Under the pieces are notes generated by a model. That model saw only the letters and a list, made by a program, of their open reading frames with translations, did no database searches and was not told the DNA's origin. This document shows, one piece after another, positions 26,826-36,858 of a DNA stretch of 64,000 nucleotides. Source of the stretch: Nitrososphaera sp. Lineage in GTDB: Archaea > Thermoproteota > Nitrososphaeria > Nitrososphaerales > Nitrososphaeraceae. The translations under genes and the position numbers were made by a program. Location: contig DASYRH010000030.1 in assembly GCA_036004585.1 (NCBI GenBank), positions 2,982-66,981 of the forward strand, written 5' to 3'. The number at the start of each line of letters is the position of its first letter. Position 1 is the first letter of the stretch.

Positions 26826-28133
26826 CGTTTTCACATTCTGAAAATTATTCTTTTCACGCCCATATCTCTGCAAGGGCTTTGTGAGGTGGCGGTGGGCTTT
26901 CGGAGTAGGGATGTACAATCCCGGCCTTAGGTCGCGCATTTTGGGAATGAGGATTTTTGACGCTGTGATATCCTTAAACTTGCATCTGTCGCACTGGTAC
27001 CCCTTGCCTTTCCCTTCCGACTTCATTCGCTTGCCGCATACCTTGCAGAGGGGATTTTGCGTTTCAAATGTCTCTGCAACTTTCAAGACGTGAAGGTATT
27101 CAACGTTGAGGATCTTTGGATGCTTTGTCGTCCCCTTTCTTACCCCGCAACCGATTTCAATAAAGTCGGCGGGTTCTAACTTTGCAGCGACATTTGCAAG
27201 TCCTGTGGGTTCGTAGATGGCGGCTGGCATCTGCGCGCTCCCTTGTTCAACAGTGAAAATGACGTGACCTCCTTCAATTGCAAGGGGGGTTGAAGCTACT
27301 TTGCAGCGGACATAACCTGCGGTGTAAGCCTTGACCCCTGCTATCTTTAGCTCATCTTGCAGGTGGATGTTCGTCCCCTGGTTCGATCTAAATACCATCC
27401 AGCCGTCAAGCTCTTCTTCTGGTTGAAGTGAAGTTATCGCCGAAGATACCACATCGAAAGTTTCACCTCTGATGCCAAAATAGACTGGGTCCGGCCCATG
27501 AGGTGCGATTAGTATCCGCCCGTGCTTGCTATCATAATTGTTGAATGTATTTGGATAGGTTTCTTCGCTAAACTTGATGACCTTTTGCTTGTCCACAATT
27601 CGCGGCTTGCCGCAATTATCTTGTTTTCTGTACGCAATTAGCTCGTAGGTAAAATCTGTATCGAGCATCAGGCTGCCCATTGCTCCAAGCGAACCCACAA
27701 GGCCCTGCCCGTTTCCATAGGTGTAGTAGGTAATCCCATTATCGTCGGCGACTTTTTCGGCCATTTGCCTGCTCATCACGTCGCACATGACTGCAGCGCT
27801 AAATCGCTGCAAAGCTGGAGGGATGTTTTCGCCAGAAAGGAACGCAACGCCAGGATTTGCTCCGCAGCCGATTGCAGATCCCGACTCCACGGCCTGCCTG
27901 ACATAATCCATGACTCTGCCCGCGTCGCGCACTCCTGCTCGCAGGCAGACGGCCCCATTGCCCCTTGTCTTCCAGGGAATGTTTGGGTTAAGCCTAATCA
28001 AAAGCGGGTTATCGACAAGTTCAGCATCCATCTTTTTCAGGTGCTCCACTACCTTGAAGGCAAGATGTGTTGTACAGCGACCTGTCCGCGAGTCAGTATC
28101 GTCAAATGCAATGTGGAGCATCTCACGCGACAT
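26823..28133 (-). CDS. tiaS: tRNA(Ile2) agmatinylcytidine synthetase
   Basis: FDDTDSRTGRCTT, NPNIPWKTRGNGA, PHGPDPVYFGIRG, SNQGT, OB fold and Zn ribbon. Confidence 0.95.
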   Translation of the reverse strand: MSREMLHIAFDDTDSRTGRCTTHLAFKVVEHLKKMDAELVDNPLLIRLNPNIPWKTRGNGAVCLRAGVRDAGRVMDYVRQAVESGSAIGCGANPGVAFLSGENIPPALQRFSAAVMCDVMSRQMAEKVADDNGITYYTYGNGQGLVGSLGAMGSLMLDTDFTYELIAYRKQDNCGKPRIVDKQKVIKFSEETYPNTFNNYDSKHGRILIAPHGPDPVYFGIRGETFDVVSSAITSLQPEEELDGWMVFRSNQGTNIHLQDELKIAGVKAYTAGYVRCKVASTPLAIEGGHVIFTVEQGSAQMPAAIYEPTGLANVAAKLEPADFIEIGCGVRKGTTKHPKILNVEYLHVLKVAETFETQNPLCKVCGKRMKSEGKGKGYQCDRCKFKDITASKILIPKMRDLRPGLYIPTPKAHRHLTKPLQRYGREKNNFQNVKT

Positions 28134-28572
28134 ACTTTGTTGCTGCTACAGCTCCAACATAATATAGTTGATTGCGGATGATTCTGCGGGTAGTTGAGCT
28201 CGGCAGGCTCCGACAATCCTATCATACTTGAAAGCGACAACTCAAGCCACGTGCTAAGGACAATTAATATCGCACAACTGTCGTTGTGAATGTTGTCAAT
28301 CTGCCCAGATTAGACTGGCTGAAAGACAACGGGCGCCTTGGCGTTGTACGATGGAAAAGCCACGACCACCACTAGCGGTCCACCGCCGCTAGTATCCCTC
28401 TGTCTGCATGCTGACCGCCCTGTCCTTTCAGTCATTCCTGTTTCGCTACTTATGAAATTCAATAACGGAACATTGTGCAGTTTGGATCGTGCGTCGTTGA
28501 TTATATCACTGTTATAAAATTGCCATAGGGTTTAAATAGTTTCAGCATGGATCGTTTTGTTAAGTGAATTAG

Positions 28573-28866
28573 ATGCCAGTCGCAATACTTCCTGATATTA
28601 GCGAACAACACTGCATCGGCTGTGCCCTCTGTGTAGAGATCTGCACTGCTCTTGGTCCGGATGTGCTGAGAGTGAAGCCGGTCGAAGGATGGAAGAGAGG
28701 TAAGGCATTCGTGTTTTATCCAGAGAGATGCATCTCAGACGGAGCATGCATTGGTGTTTGCCCAACAAAGGCAATATTCTGGATGAGGCCAATGGATTAC
28801 ACTCCAGGACAGCCAATCCCGCTGAAGAAGCACGGCCTGTTTACAAAGGGCTGGGAAGAAGGCTAA
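28573..28866 (+). CDS. 4Fe-4S dicluster ferredoxin
   Basis: CIGCALCVEIC and CISDGACIGVCP (Asp replaces one Cys ligand). Confidence 0.92.
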   Translation: MPVAILPDISEQHCIGCALCVEICTALGPDVLRVKPVEGWKRGKAFVFYPERCISDGACIGVCPTKAIFWMRPMDYTPGQPIPLKKHGLFTKGWEEG

Positions 28867-28943
28867 GTCCTTCAGCTACTTTTCCTTTTTTTCATTTTCC
28901 TTCAATAAATTTTTAATAACACACGGTATACGTTTCATCTAGA

Positions 28944-29429
28944 TTGGTTGAATGGGACGAACAGATCAAGGCCCATCTATTCTGGGTCTGGGGCGAGCCA
29001 GACGGTTTTTTCAAGCGTGGCAAAGAGGGGATGCTTGTAATAACAGACAGGCGCCTTGCGTTTATCATCAAGACAGAGATGACCTACAGAATGCATGATA
29101 CGCATACGACTCGGCAATTCAATAGGTTCAAGAATAAAGAGAATGTTTTTCGTCCGGCCGAAGGCTACAAGCTGGAACATCTCGAGAAGGACCTTGACAA
29201 GAGCGGCGACAATCTCGAAATACCATACAACCAGATACTTGACATCACCTCAGAGGAGAAGCGCTGGGGAACTCTATTGAAGGTAAACGTAAACCTCGGG
29301 GACACCTCAAAGCTCCACAAGTTCTCAATCGTGAAGGGCTGGGTAAAATACCCCGCAAAGGACCCACTTGAATTTCAGCGGATGGACTGGAGCCCCCTCA
29401 TAAACCTCTTCAAAACGGCATCTGCTTAG
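28944..29429 (+). CDS. hypothetical protein, possible PH-like fold
   Basis: GMLVITDRRLAF and IPYNQILDI motifs typical of bacterial/archaeal PH-like domains. Confidence 0.6.
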   Translation: MVEWDEQIKAHLFWVWGEPDGFFKRGKEGMLVITDRRLAFIIKTEMTYRMHDTHTTRQFNRFKNKENVFRPAEGYKLEHLEKDLDKSGDNLEIPYNQILDITSEEKRWGTLLKVNVNLGDTSKLHKFSIVKGWVKYPAKDPLEFQRMDWSPLINLFKTASA

Positions 29430-29471
29430 CTTATATTGGAATGCCTATCCAGCTTCCTTAACTAGACCTTT

Positions 29472-29708
29472 ATGGCAAAAACAAAGGCATTCGTGTTTAT
29501 CAATACGGATGCAGGAGTTGAAAAGCTTTTGCACGAGGAGATAAGAAAGCTGCAGGGAGTGAAGGAAGTCTACCCGCTCTACGGAGAGTACGACCTTATG
29601 GCAATAGTCGAAGACGAGAATGACATGGATGTCGCAAAGATAATCTCCTGGGAGCTCCGCAAAATAAAGGGAATCCGCAGCACTAACACGATGGTCGTTG
29701 CAAAATAG
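29472..29708 (+). CDS. Lrp/AsnC ligand-binding (RAM) domain protein
   Basis: AFVFINT...GVKEVYPLYGEYDLMAIV...IKGIRSTNT pattern. Confidence 0.9.
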   Translation: MAKTKAFVFINTDAGVEKLLHEEIRKLQGVKEVYPLYGEYDLMAIVEDENDMDVAKIISWELRKIKGIRSTNTMVVAK

Positions 29709-29709
29709 C

Positions 29710-30102
29710 CTAGATAAGTGTGACTCGGACTCTTTTTCCCAGCCAGCTCCGGGGTACCGTGATCTGACCTTTCTTCCCAGCAACCTCTACCGTCCGTTCC
29801 AGATCATTTACCGTCGATATCTGTGCGCGTACGACAGCGTGTTGGCTCTCCGCGATTGGCTGTTCCTTTGGCTGTAAATGCTGCTGACAATACTTGCATG
29901 AGTTGTCTGCCTGCCGGACTCTTAGCCCTTCCATATGCTCTGTTCTGTGCTGCTCGATAAGGGAAATTTCTTCGCGGATTGCGACGATTTCCTTGGGAAT
30001 TAATGCACTTTTTTCCGGAGAAAAAGTTGGAGACATCATGACAGATCTTGTGGATGCTAATCGACGATCGTTAATTGGGCAATAGTCAAACAAAATTAAC
30101 AT
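29710..30102 (-). CDS. hypothetical protein with C-terminal DUF2080/AbrB-like domain
   Basis: C-terminal GKKGQITVPRSWLGKRVRV; start uncertain. Confidence 0.55.
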   Translation of the reverse strand: MLILFDYCPINDRRLASTRSVMMSPTFSPEKSALIPKEIVAIREEISLIEQHRTEHMEGLRVRQADNSCKYCQQHLQPKEQPIAESQHAVVRAQISTVNDLERTVEVAGKKGQITVPRSWLGKRVRVTLI

Positions 30103-30194
30103 ATAGATACATTTCTGATGGTGTAAGTGCCGGTGAATATTATCATTGAATATAAATAATACCCTCTCGGGAAAAAGGGAGGGAAGAATTCGGG

Positions 30195-32132
30195 ATGCCA
30201 GCAGCAGCTATCTCAAAATTTGTGAATCAAAGCGAAATTGATGAATCTTACAAGAGTCTGTCGCCAAACCTGGGCGGAAAAAAGGACAACTATTTCGGAG
30301 TCCTTTATCTGTCCAAGAAATTCAACATTGCTCCAGGTGAAGCCGCCTCTTTTGTAGCGGTAGATGGAACGACGGACGCAGGAATAGACGCGTATTACCA
30401 TGACATCGACAAGAAGACACTGTACCTGTACGTCTTTCGTTGGTCTGAGGACCATATCCAGTTCAGGGAGCCGCTCGAAAGGCTGGGAATGAACGGGATA
30501 AGCAAGATCTTTTTCGATCTGACAAAATCAGAAAATGATCATCCGCTTATTGTTTCGCTCAAGACCAGCCTGTTCGAAAATTGGAAGTCCATCGACCGCG
30601 TAGTGATCGACTTTGTTTTTAACGGCGACCCTGTTGACGCCGAGCAGAGCAAGGTGCTAAGTTTTCTCAGGGAGACGGTAGAAGACAAGCGCAGCTTTAT
30701 CGAAAGCTACCTTAGCAGGATAGGCGAGTCGCCAGGACTGCACGACCTCATATTCCACTACGTGTCAAACGTAAACGCCCTTGGAAACATCACTTCATCA
30801 CGTCAGACTGCTGAATACATCATAAACTTTGACGGTTCACTTGCTATTCCACCAACCCGCGCTGACAGCACTGAAGCTGGGATAGGCGGGAACCAGATGA
30901 CCGTGACGTTCCTCTCATTGGCGGATCTCCACAGAATGTATAGCGACCTTGGAGAGCGCTTTTTTGAAAAGAACCTCCGCTCCGGCCTTGACGAAGGCGA
31001 GATGACAAACATCCATATCAAAAACTCCCTACGGACGATACTTGAACAGCAAGAGGATCCGCAGAATTTCACTCTATATCACAACGGCATAACGCTGACT
31101 GCGCAGATACTCGAAATCAACGGTCCTTCAAGCGTGAGGATGGTCGAGCCAAGGATACTCAATGGCGCGCAGACCGTCAAGATAATCAAGCAGTTCGTAG
31201 ACGAGGAAACCCACAGGCAGCAGCGGGTGGCCCAGAAAGGCAAGAAGCGTCAGGCAACATCAAAGCACGCTGGAAAGGGAGAGGCCACCATAGACGACAA
31301 CAACAGGTTGCTGGCTACTGCGACAGATGCGCCGTCTGGTCTTCAAAGGATGCTTGAAGAGACAAAGGTGATGGCAAGGATTATCCAGTCAAAGGACGAC
31401 GAGTTTCTGCAGAGGGTCACCATAAACAACAACAGGCAGAACCCTATAATGCCATGGAACCTCCGGGCCAACGACCTAGTACAGATAACCTTTGAAGAAA
31501 TTTTTGCAAAACACGGCATCTACTACGAACGAAGGGAAAATGCCTACAAGAACATCATGGAAGAGGACATTGAAGGCAGCCTTGACGCCGAAAAAGGAGT
31601 TGTAGAGATCCGCAAGTTTGCACAGACGCTGCTCGCAGCTCGAGGGCAGGTGGACAGGATTTCAGAAATGAAAGAAGTCTTTGAGAGCGAAGCCTGGTAC
31701 AAGGACGCCTTCAAGGAAGGATCCGTCGACATTGAGCCGAGAAAACTGGTGCTGCTCTACAAAGTCCAGTACAGGTTGCAGAGCGTTATCAGAGAAATTA
31801 GAAGCCAGGGTGCAGACAAGTATGGATACGCGCCAAAGGCCAAGAACCTGATCTGGTGTCTTACGATTCAGGGATTGCTGAACGACAGCAAATTCGACAA
31901 GCTAGTGGAGACGTACGGCAACTCCACAGGAGTCGAAGCCGGCTTTACAGAGCTGCTAAAGAAACTTGCCAGCACAAAGATCCGGTTCATACTGAGCGAC
32001 ACGTTTGACACCAAGAAATATCGCGACCAGATGGCTGAAGGCAAGTTCTCGTTCCTGAAATCAAAGACAGCACTTGCGGACTGCATGAAGGTCGCGCGCA
32101 CGCGCTTTGACTGGGAAAAGCGCTCCCTATAA
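30195..32132 (+). CDS. AIPR family protein (abortive-infection/phage-resistance associated)
   Basis: DAGIDAYY, FFEKNLRSGL, FTLYHNGITL, ILNGAQT and NNNRQNPI motifs. Confidence 0.85.
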   Translation: MPAAAISKFVNQSEIDESYKSLSPNLGGKKDNYFGVLYLSKKFNIAPGEAASFVAVDGTTDAGIDAYYHDIDKKTLYLYVFRWSEDHIQFREPLERLGMNGISKIFFDLTKSENDHPLIVSLKTSLFENWKSIDRVVIDFVFNGDPVDAEQSKVLSFLRETVEDKRSFIESYLSRIGESPGLHDLIFHYVSNVNALGNITSSRQTAEYIINFDGSLAIPPTRADSTEAGIGGNQMTVTFLSLADLHRMYSDLGERFFEKNLRSGLDEGEMTNIHIKNSLRTILEQQEDPQNFTLYHNGITLTAQILEINGPSSVRMVEPRILNGAQTVKIIKQFVDEETHRQQRVAQKGKKRQATSKHAGKGEATIDDNNRLLATATDAPSGLQRMLEETKVMARIIQSKDDEFLQRVTINNNRQNPIMPWNLRANDLVQITFEEIFAKHGIYYERRENAYKNIMEEDIEGSLDAEKGVVEIRKFAQTLLAARGQVDRISEMKEVFESEAWYKDAFKEGSVDIEPRKLVLLYKVQYRLQSVIREIRSQGADKYGYAPKAKNLIWCLTIQGLLNDSKFDKLVETYGNSTGVEAGFTELLKKLASTKIRFILSDTFDTKKYRDQMAEGKFSFLKSKTALADCMKVARTRFDWEKRSL

Positions 32133-32160
32133 TTTTCTAGCCACCGCCGCGCTTCAGGTC

Positions 32161-33693
32161 CTATTGAAGGGGCGTTTCTACGCCCTCAACTTTTGCTGAA
32201 GTCCACTTCAGATTCTTTCTCCTGAATGCTACATCAAGTACTCCCTTTATGATTATCAGGTCCACCAGGTGCTTGTAGCCTATTACCATCAGAGGTGAAT
32301 ACAGCACCAGCTTCCAGTCGTCTTCTTGATCGATCAATAGCGCCATCGAAGATAGGACAAACTGGAGCGACGTGAAGAGCACAAATGAAAAGAGCATGAA
32401 CATCCACATCCCCTGAAGGATTGCAACTATTCCCGCTGCGCCAATAACGATTCCAAGAATCGGGAGCATCAACATCGTCAATACCGTTATCGGGTACCCG
32501 TATTTGCGGAGCATGCCGTACCTGGCGTTGGTCGCGATGTCCTTGTGCTTGATAAAAGTCTGCATGTTGCCTCGATACCAGCGGATGCGCTGCTTGTAAA
32601 AGTCGCCCAATTTTTCAGGGGCCTCCGTGTAAGCCATCGCGCCAGAGCTTGCCTGTACAACTTTTCCGCACTTTAACGCCTTTACCGTGATATCGAAATC
32701 CTCAGTCAGCGTATCCTTGTCATAGTTGCCGGTCTGCTGGAGCACCCGCTTGTTAAACGCGCCTAGCGCGCCGGGCACAACCATTACAACGCCGAAAACG
32801 TCAAAGGCCCTCCGCCACAGGTTTATTCCCACTAGGTAGTCCAGAGCCTGGCAGTTTGTCAGAAGGCCAACTCGGTTTAGCACTTTAACGTTGCCACCGA
32901 CCCCTGCGACGCTCGGATTTTGGAAATAGCTGACTATGATCTTGAGGGCATCCCTTGCTACCACCGAGTCAGCATCCACCGTTACAACATACTCGCCTTT
33001 GGCAAAGAGCAGCCCGTGGTTAATTGCTGACGACTTGCCGCCATTTTCGGGTTTTCTTATGACAGAGTAAAGAATACTTTCGTCAAACCTTTCATGGAAT
33101 TTTGAAGCTTCTGCAAAAGTCTTGTCAGTGGAACCGTCGTCAACCACTATTACTTCCTTCTTTGGATAGTCCGCTTCCGCAAGCGAGTTGAGAGCTTTTC
33201 CCACTGTCCGCTCTTCGTTGTATGCCGGGATAATGATGGTAATCAGCGGAAAGGATGCAGGCGGCCTGACCCTACTTTCAAGCCTCTTGTGGTAAATGGT
33301 CAGCGGGACATTAAGAAACGTGTACATGAAAGTCAGAGCAAGGCTAAAGGAAACAACACCCATGTAGATAGAAAATTCAGAGCCGAAATAGCTGCCAACC
33401 TCAAACGAGTAAACGGCTGCAATGGCAAGCGGCACTAAAAACACGCATAGATAAACGGCGGCTATTGAAACGCGCTTCTGCCCGCCGGTTCGATCGCCCC
33501 TTTTCCACGATGCGAGGAGGTAGGCGCAAAAGATCATGACTGCAACCATTGAGGCCAGAAAAACAAATGTCCCCATGACAACGGTGATTATCACCGCGAC
33601 CAGAAACGGAATTACGGCAAGCGCGACGAGTTTGGCTAGAAGCGATCTCGTTGCCCCTGCCACACTATCATCTTCCTTGTTGACCCTCGTCAT
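32161..33693 (-). CDS. processive GT2 glycosyltransferase (PgaC/IcaA-like)
   Basis: IIPAYNEE, VVDDGSTD, GKSSAIN, DAD, TLTEDFD, QRIRW and multiple TM helices. Confidence 0.9.
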   Translation of the reverse strand: MTRVNKEDDSVAGATRSLLAKLVALAVIPFLVAVIITVVMGTFVFLASMVAVMIFCAYLLASWKRGDRTGGQKRVSIAAVYLCVFLVPLAIAAVYSFEVGSYFGSEFSIYMGVVSFSLALTFMYTFLNVPLTIYHKRLESRVRPPASFPLITIIIPAYNEERTVGKALNSLAEADYPKKEVIVVDDGSTDKTFAEASKFHERFDESILYSVIRKPENGGKSSAINHGLLFAKGEYVVTVDADSVVARDALKIIVSYFQNPSVAGVGGNVKVLNRVGLLTNCQALDYLVGINLWRRAFDVFGVVMVVPGALGAFNKRVLQQTGNYDKDTLTEDFDITVKALKCGKVVQASSGAMAYTEAPEKLGDFYKQRIRWYRGNMQTFIKHKDIATNARYGMLRKYGYPITVLTMLMLPILGIVIGAAGIVAILQGMWMFMLFSFVLFTSLQFVLSSMALLIDQEDDWKLVLYSPLMVIGYKHLVDLIIIKGVLDVAFRRKNLKWTSAKVEGVETPLQ

Positions 33694-34816
33694 CCTTTGG
33701 CCGGCTAATAATGGTCCTTAGCATCTTTTCTAGGCTCATGCTTTCAGTGTCGGGCTGCTCCGGCTTTGGTGCATCTTCCTCCCTCATCGAATCGATCATC
33801 TCTTCTAGCTGCCCGTCTGAAACCAGTCCCTGCGGCATGCCTGTCGAAATTTTGTCCGCAATTTCCTGCACGTCGCTACCACTTGATTCAATTATTTCGA
33901 TTCCGTGTGCCCCGGCAAGTTTCCTTGCTTCTTCAGAAAATCCGGGAATTCCGATGAACACCTTCCTCCCCACCTTGGCGTCGAGGCACCTTGCTAGAAA
34001 ATTCAAGAGCAATTCGGGATCCACTGGATCGCTGGACTTTTCGATGTCGACCGCAACTGCCGGCTCGGGCTCATCGCCCACATAGGCAACGATGTCAAAA
34101 GTATGCTGCACCTGGGAGGAGCCTATAACTGCCGCCCTTGGCGCAGCGTTCACACCACGGGAGCGCAGAGCATCCACTACTGAGAGATGAAATTGAAAGC
34201 CGGTCTTGTCCAAGTATTTCGCCACAGCCTCTTGGTCAACTGTGTATGCTGCAAGCGGCTCGAGTTTCATCTCTTCTTTTGCCAGCGAACTTCCGCAATT
34301 GAGGCAGATAAACTGCATCTTGCCTTCGGGGGAAAGCGTCTTGCATGAAAGGCACGAGCAATAAGACCCGGGCTTAACATAGTCGACTCCTATGGCCTTT
34401 AGCTTTTTCTTGCATTTTGGGCAGACCAGCCCGCCTTCAGCCGTCTGAAACCTCGATTCAAGATCGATATTTCCGCAAGGCAGGTGTTCAATTACCTTGC
34501 CTTGGTCAGTGTTTGTAGAACCGCATGCGGGGCAGGCCACTTTTACCACCATCCCATGGTGATCGCATCTGCTGCATTTGCGAATATAGTCAAACGGCTC
34601 CTCCTTTACTATCCCAAGTACCTGAAGCGTCTTTAGGATGTCAACCTGCCTGGCAAAGTCGTGGTCGGAAAACCCCGTGTAGGTTAACCCTCCTTCGGGC
34701 TTGACTAGGGGCTCGTATCTCGAGATCTTGTTTTCCCTTATCTCCGCTATCTTGGATGTTATGGCACTGCTATCAGATCTGCCTGGAGGGGACGTAGCAA
34801 TCACTCGAGAACGCAC
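33668..34816 (-). CDS. TackOD1-like Zn-binding domain + restriction-endonuclease-like fold
   Basis: CPACGS...VIEHLPCG...CPKCKKKLKAIGVDY...CLSC, followed by GSSQVQHTFDIV...AVDI and EEARKLAGAHGIEII. Confidence 0.75.
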   Translation of the reverse strand: MRSRVIATSPPGRSDSSAITSKIAEIRENKISRYEPLVKPEGGLTYTGFSDHDFARQVDILKTLQVLGIVKEEPFDYIRKCSRCDHHGMVVKVACPACGSTNTDQGKVIEHLPCGNIDLESRFQTAEGGLVCPKCKKKLKAIGVDYVKPGSYCSCLSCKTLSPEGKMQFICLNCGSSLAKEEMKLEPLAAYTVDQEAVAKYLDKTGFQFHLSVVDALRSRGVNAAPRAAVIGSSQVQHTFDIVAYVGDEPEPAVAVDIEKSSDPVDPELLLNFLARCLDAKVGRKVFIGIPGFSEEARKLAGAHGIEIIESSGSDVQEIADKISTGMPQGLVSDGQLEEMIDSMREEDAPKPEQPDTESMSLEKMLRTIISRPKDDEGQQGR

Positions 34817-34928
34817 CTCTTATCTATTAAGTTATAGTGACGCGTGCTTTATGAGATATTGTGGAATCGTCTGTAACTTAGCTTACGGTATAAACTAACC
34901 ATTTAATTAAAGTCCGGTTTACGAAGAC

Positions 34929-35648
34929 GTGTTGGCAAAAAGGCTGTTTGCAGTAGGCGTAGGGCCTGGATCACCCAGATACCTGACAGACGCTGCCAAA
35001 GAGGCAATCAGAAAGTCAATGTACATCGTGGGCTACAAGTACACTATTGCTACCATCGAAGGCGTCATTGACAGGAAAAAGCAGCAAGTCTTTGAAGTCA
35101 CGATGAAAAGCCAGGAACAAGTTTACCAGGAGGTTTTCGGCAAGATGCGCGACGGCGAGTACTGCACCGTCCCATTCACAGGCGATGTCAACTTTTCCGA
35201 GTCCGAGGTCGTCGAACGGCTGCTGCAGATCTGGGGCGACGAGAACACAGAGATAGTTCCCGGCATCAGCTCAATCCAGGTGGCAGCCGCAAAGGCTCGC
35301 GTTCCAACCGACAAGGCTCTTATCGTAACCTTGCATGTTTCTGGAGACATTGAGCGCAAGAAGGCAGCGCTTTTGGAAGCCGTGAGGGATGGAAGAAGCG
35401 TTATCCTCCTTCCAAGGCCGTGGCCAAAGGAACCAGCAAAGCACTTCATGCAGTCCGACGTTGCAAAATTCCTCCGTCAAAACGGGATCGATACCACTTT
35501 GCTCAGAGTTCACGTCTTTGAACATCTTACGACGGCAAAGGAGACAAGCTATGAAGGCAGAGTCTCCGATCTAGAAGGAAAAGAGTTTAGTGATCTGTCA
35601 GCTATGGTGATAGATCAGACAAAGCGCGAAACGTATCTTGACTTTTAG
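34929..35648 (+). CDS. cbiE: precorrin-6Y/cobalt-precorrin-7 C5-methyltransferase
   Basis: AVGVGPGS, TGDVNFS and IVPGISSIQVAAA tetrapyrrole methylase motifs. Confidence 0.8.
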   Translation: MLAKRLFAVGVGPGSPRYLTDAAKEAIRKSMYIVGYKYTIATIEGVIDRKKQQVFEVTMKSQEQVYQEVFGKMRDGEYCTVPFTGDVNFSESEVVERLLQIWGDENTEIVPGISSIQVAAAKARVPTDKALIVTLHVSGDIERKKAALLEAVRDGRSVILLPRPWPKEPAKHFMQSDVAKFLRQNGIDTTLLRVHVFEHLTTAKETSYEGRVSDLEGKEFSDLSAMVIDQTKRETYLDF

Positions 35649-35712
35649 ATTGCAACCTGTATGGCCAGATTACCAGAACTACTTTAAATATCAAGATATG
35701 TTTTTCTTAACC

Positions 35713-35841
35713 ATGTCAATGGATAACAAATCTGTTGGCATCGCAGAGGGCAAAGTCTCGATAAGGTATTGCGCGGAATGTGGCGCAAAAATGCTCCGGT
35801 CTGTGCGAGTCTGCCCCTCATGCGGTGAGAGCCAGGCGTAA
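35713..35841 (+). CDS. small zinc-ribbon protein (42 aa)
   Basis: YCAECGAKM...VCPSCGESQ; ATG 35713. Confidence 0.7.
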   Translation: MSMDNKSVGIAEGKVSIRYCAECGAKMLRSVRVCPSCGESQA

Positions 35842-35894
35842 TCCTCTCCCCTTTTTATTGCAATCCTTAAAATCATGCGCGTAAATATCACGCC

Positions 35895-36170
35895 ATGAAC
35901 GAGGCTAGATACCCCGTTTCTTCTACGTACAGGGTCCTTGACGGGCACGACATTTACAGAAGCAACAACCTGATAGTGGCGCTAGTCGTAGTCGAAAGCC
36001 AGTTCGGCCGCGACCTGAGGCTATATCGGTGGATGAAGAGGAAGGACCAGTGGAAGGTTGACCTCTGTCGCATGGGAGTAGGAAGATGGAAGTGGGATGA
36101 GATATCGGCAAAGGCAAATGAGTTCATCGCAAAGTATGGTCTAGGAATTAGCACGAAACCTGAGAACTAG
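35895..36170 (+). CDS. hypothetical protein
   Basis: 91-aa ORF with protein-like composition (LRLYRW...WKVDL), ATG start, fills the gap. Confidence 0.7.
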   Translation: MNEARYPVSSTYRVLDGHDIYRSNNLIVALVVVESQFGRDLRLYRWMKRKDQWKVDLCRMGVGRWKWDEISAKANEFIAKYGLGISTKPEN

Positions 36171-36188
36171 GAGTCAAATCCAGACTAG

Positions 36189-36761
36189 TCAGCTAGGCTG
36201 GATCAGAGTATTGTCCAGGCCGCCGAGGAACTCTATGATTTCCCATTCTATTATTGCAGCCGCAAAGAGCACTGCCGCCGCGATCCCAAGCTCGATAAAC
36301 GTCGGCTTGAGAGTATTCTGATAGAATGGGCGCCTCTGATCGCCCCGCCAGGGCTTGTCCTTTACTATCCGCACGATGAGAATGCCACTTCTCGAGATCG
36401 CCATCGCGTAGACAAACAGTTCCATTATGCCAAAAGGAGTGACAAAGATGAAAACAGGGGGAATGTTGGCCAGGCCAGGCGTCTGTTCGGCAATGGCGCT
36501 ATAGACAGTTCCGGTGGCAAATCCAACAAAGGCACCAGTCCCTGCCCCTGCGGCCGGGATAAACATTGCCATGGAGATCCTCAAGTTATTGAAAAAGATG
36601 CCATACTGGTCGATTCCCTCGATCTGGTCAGCGAACTGATCCCTAACCATTGCCGCCTCCTCCTCACTAAGGGGAAAGGCCGCGCCCACGGAATATGCAC
36701 CGAGAAATACTGCTGCGCCGATGCCAAGATAAAGAAGCCGGCGCTTGAAGTTAAAACGCAA
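36189..36761 (-). CDS. SpoIIM-like membrane protein
   Basis: IFFNNLRI...FIP...PFGIMEL...AAIIE motif set. Confidence 0.8.
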   Translation of the reverse strand: MRFNFKRRLLYLGIGAAVFLGAYSVGAAFPLSEEEAAMVRDQFADQIEGIDQYGIFFNNLRISMAMFIPAAGAGTGAFVGFATGTVYSAIAEQTPGLANIPPVFIFVTPFGIMELFVYAMAISRSGILIVRIVKDKPWRGDQRRPFYQNTLKPTFIELGIAAAVLFAAAIIEWEIIEFLGGLDNTLIQPS

Positions 36762-36858
36762 GACGGCATGAATTGGCAGAATTGTTATAATTAGTTTTGT
36801 CAGTACGCGTTTGTCAAGCTCTTGTTTTTATTCATGTTATTCCTTTAGAAAGGAAGTA

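Noticed and set aside
29710-30102. Transposon or IS element suggested by the DUF2080-like gene
   Set aside because: No transposase ORF, terminal inverted repeats or target-site duplications were visible.
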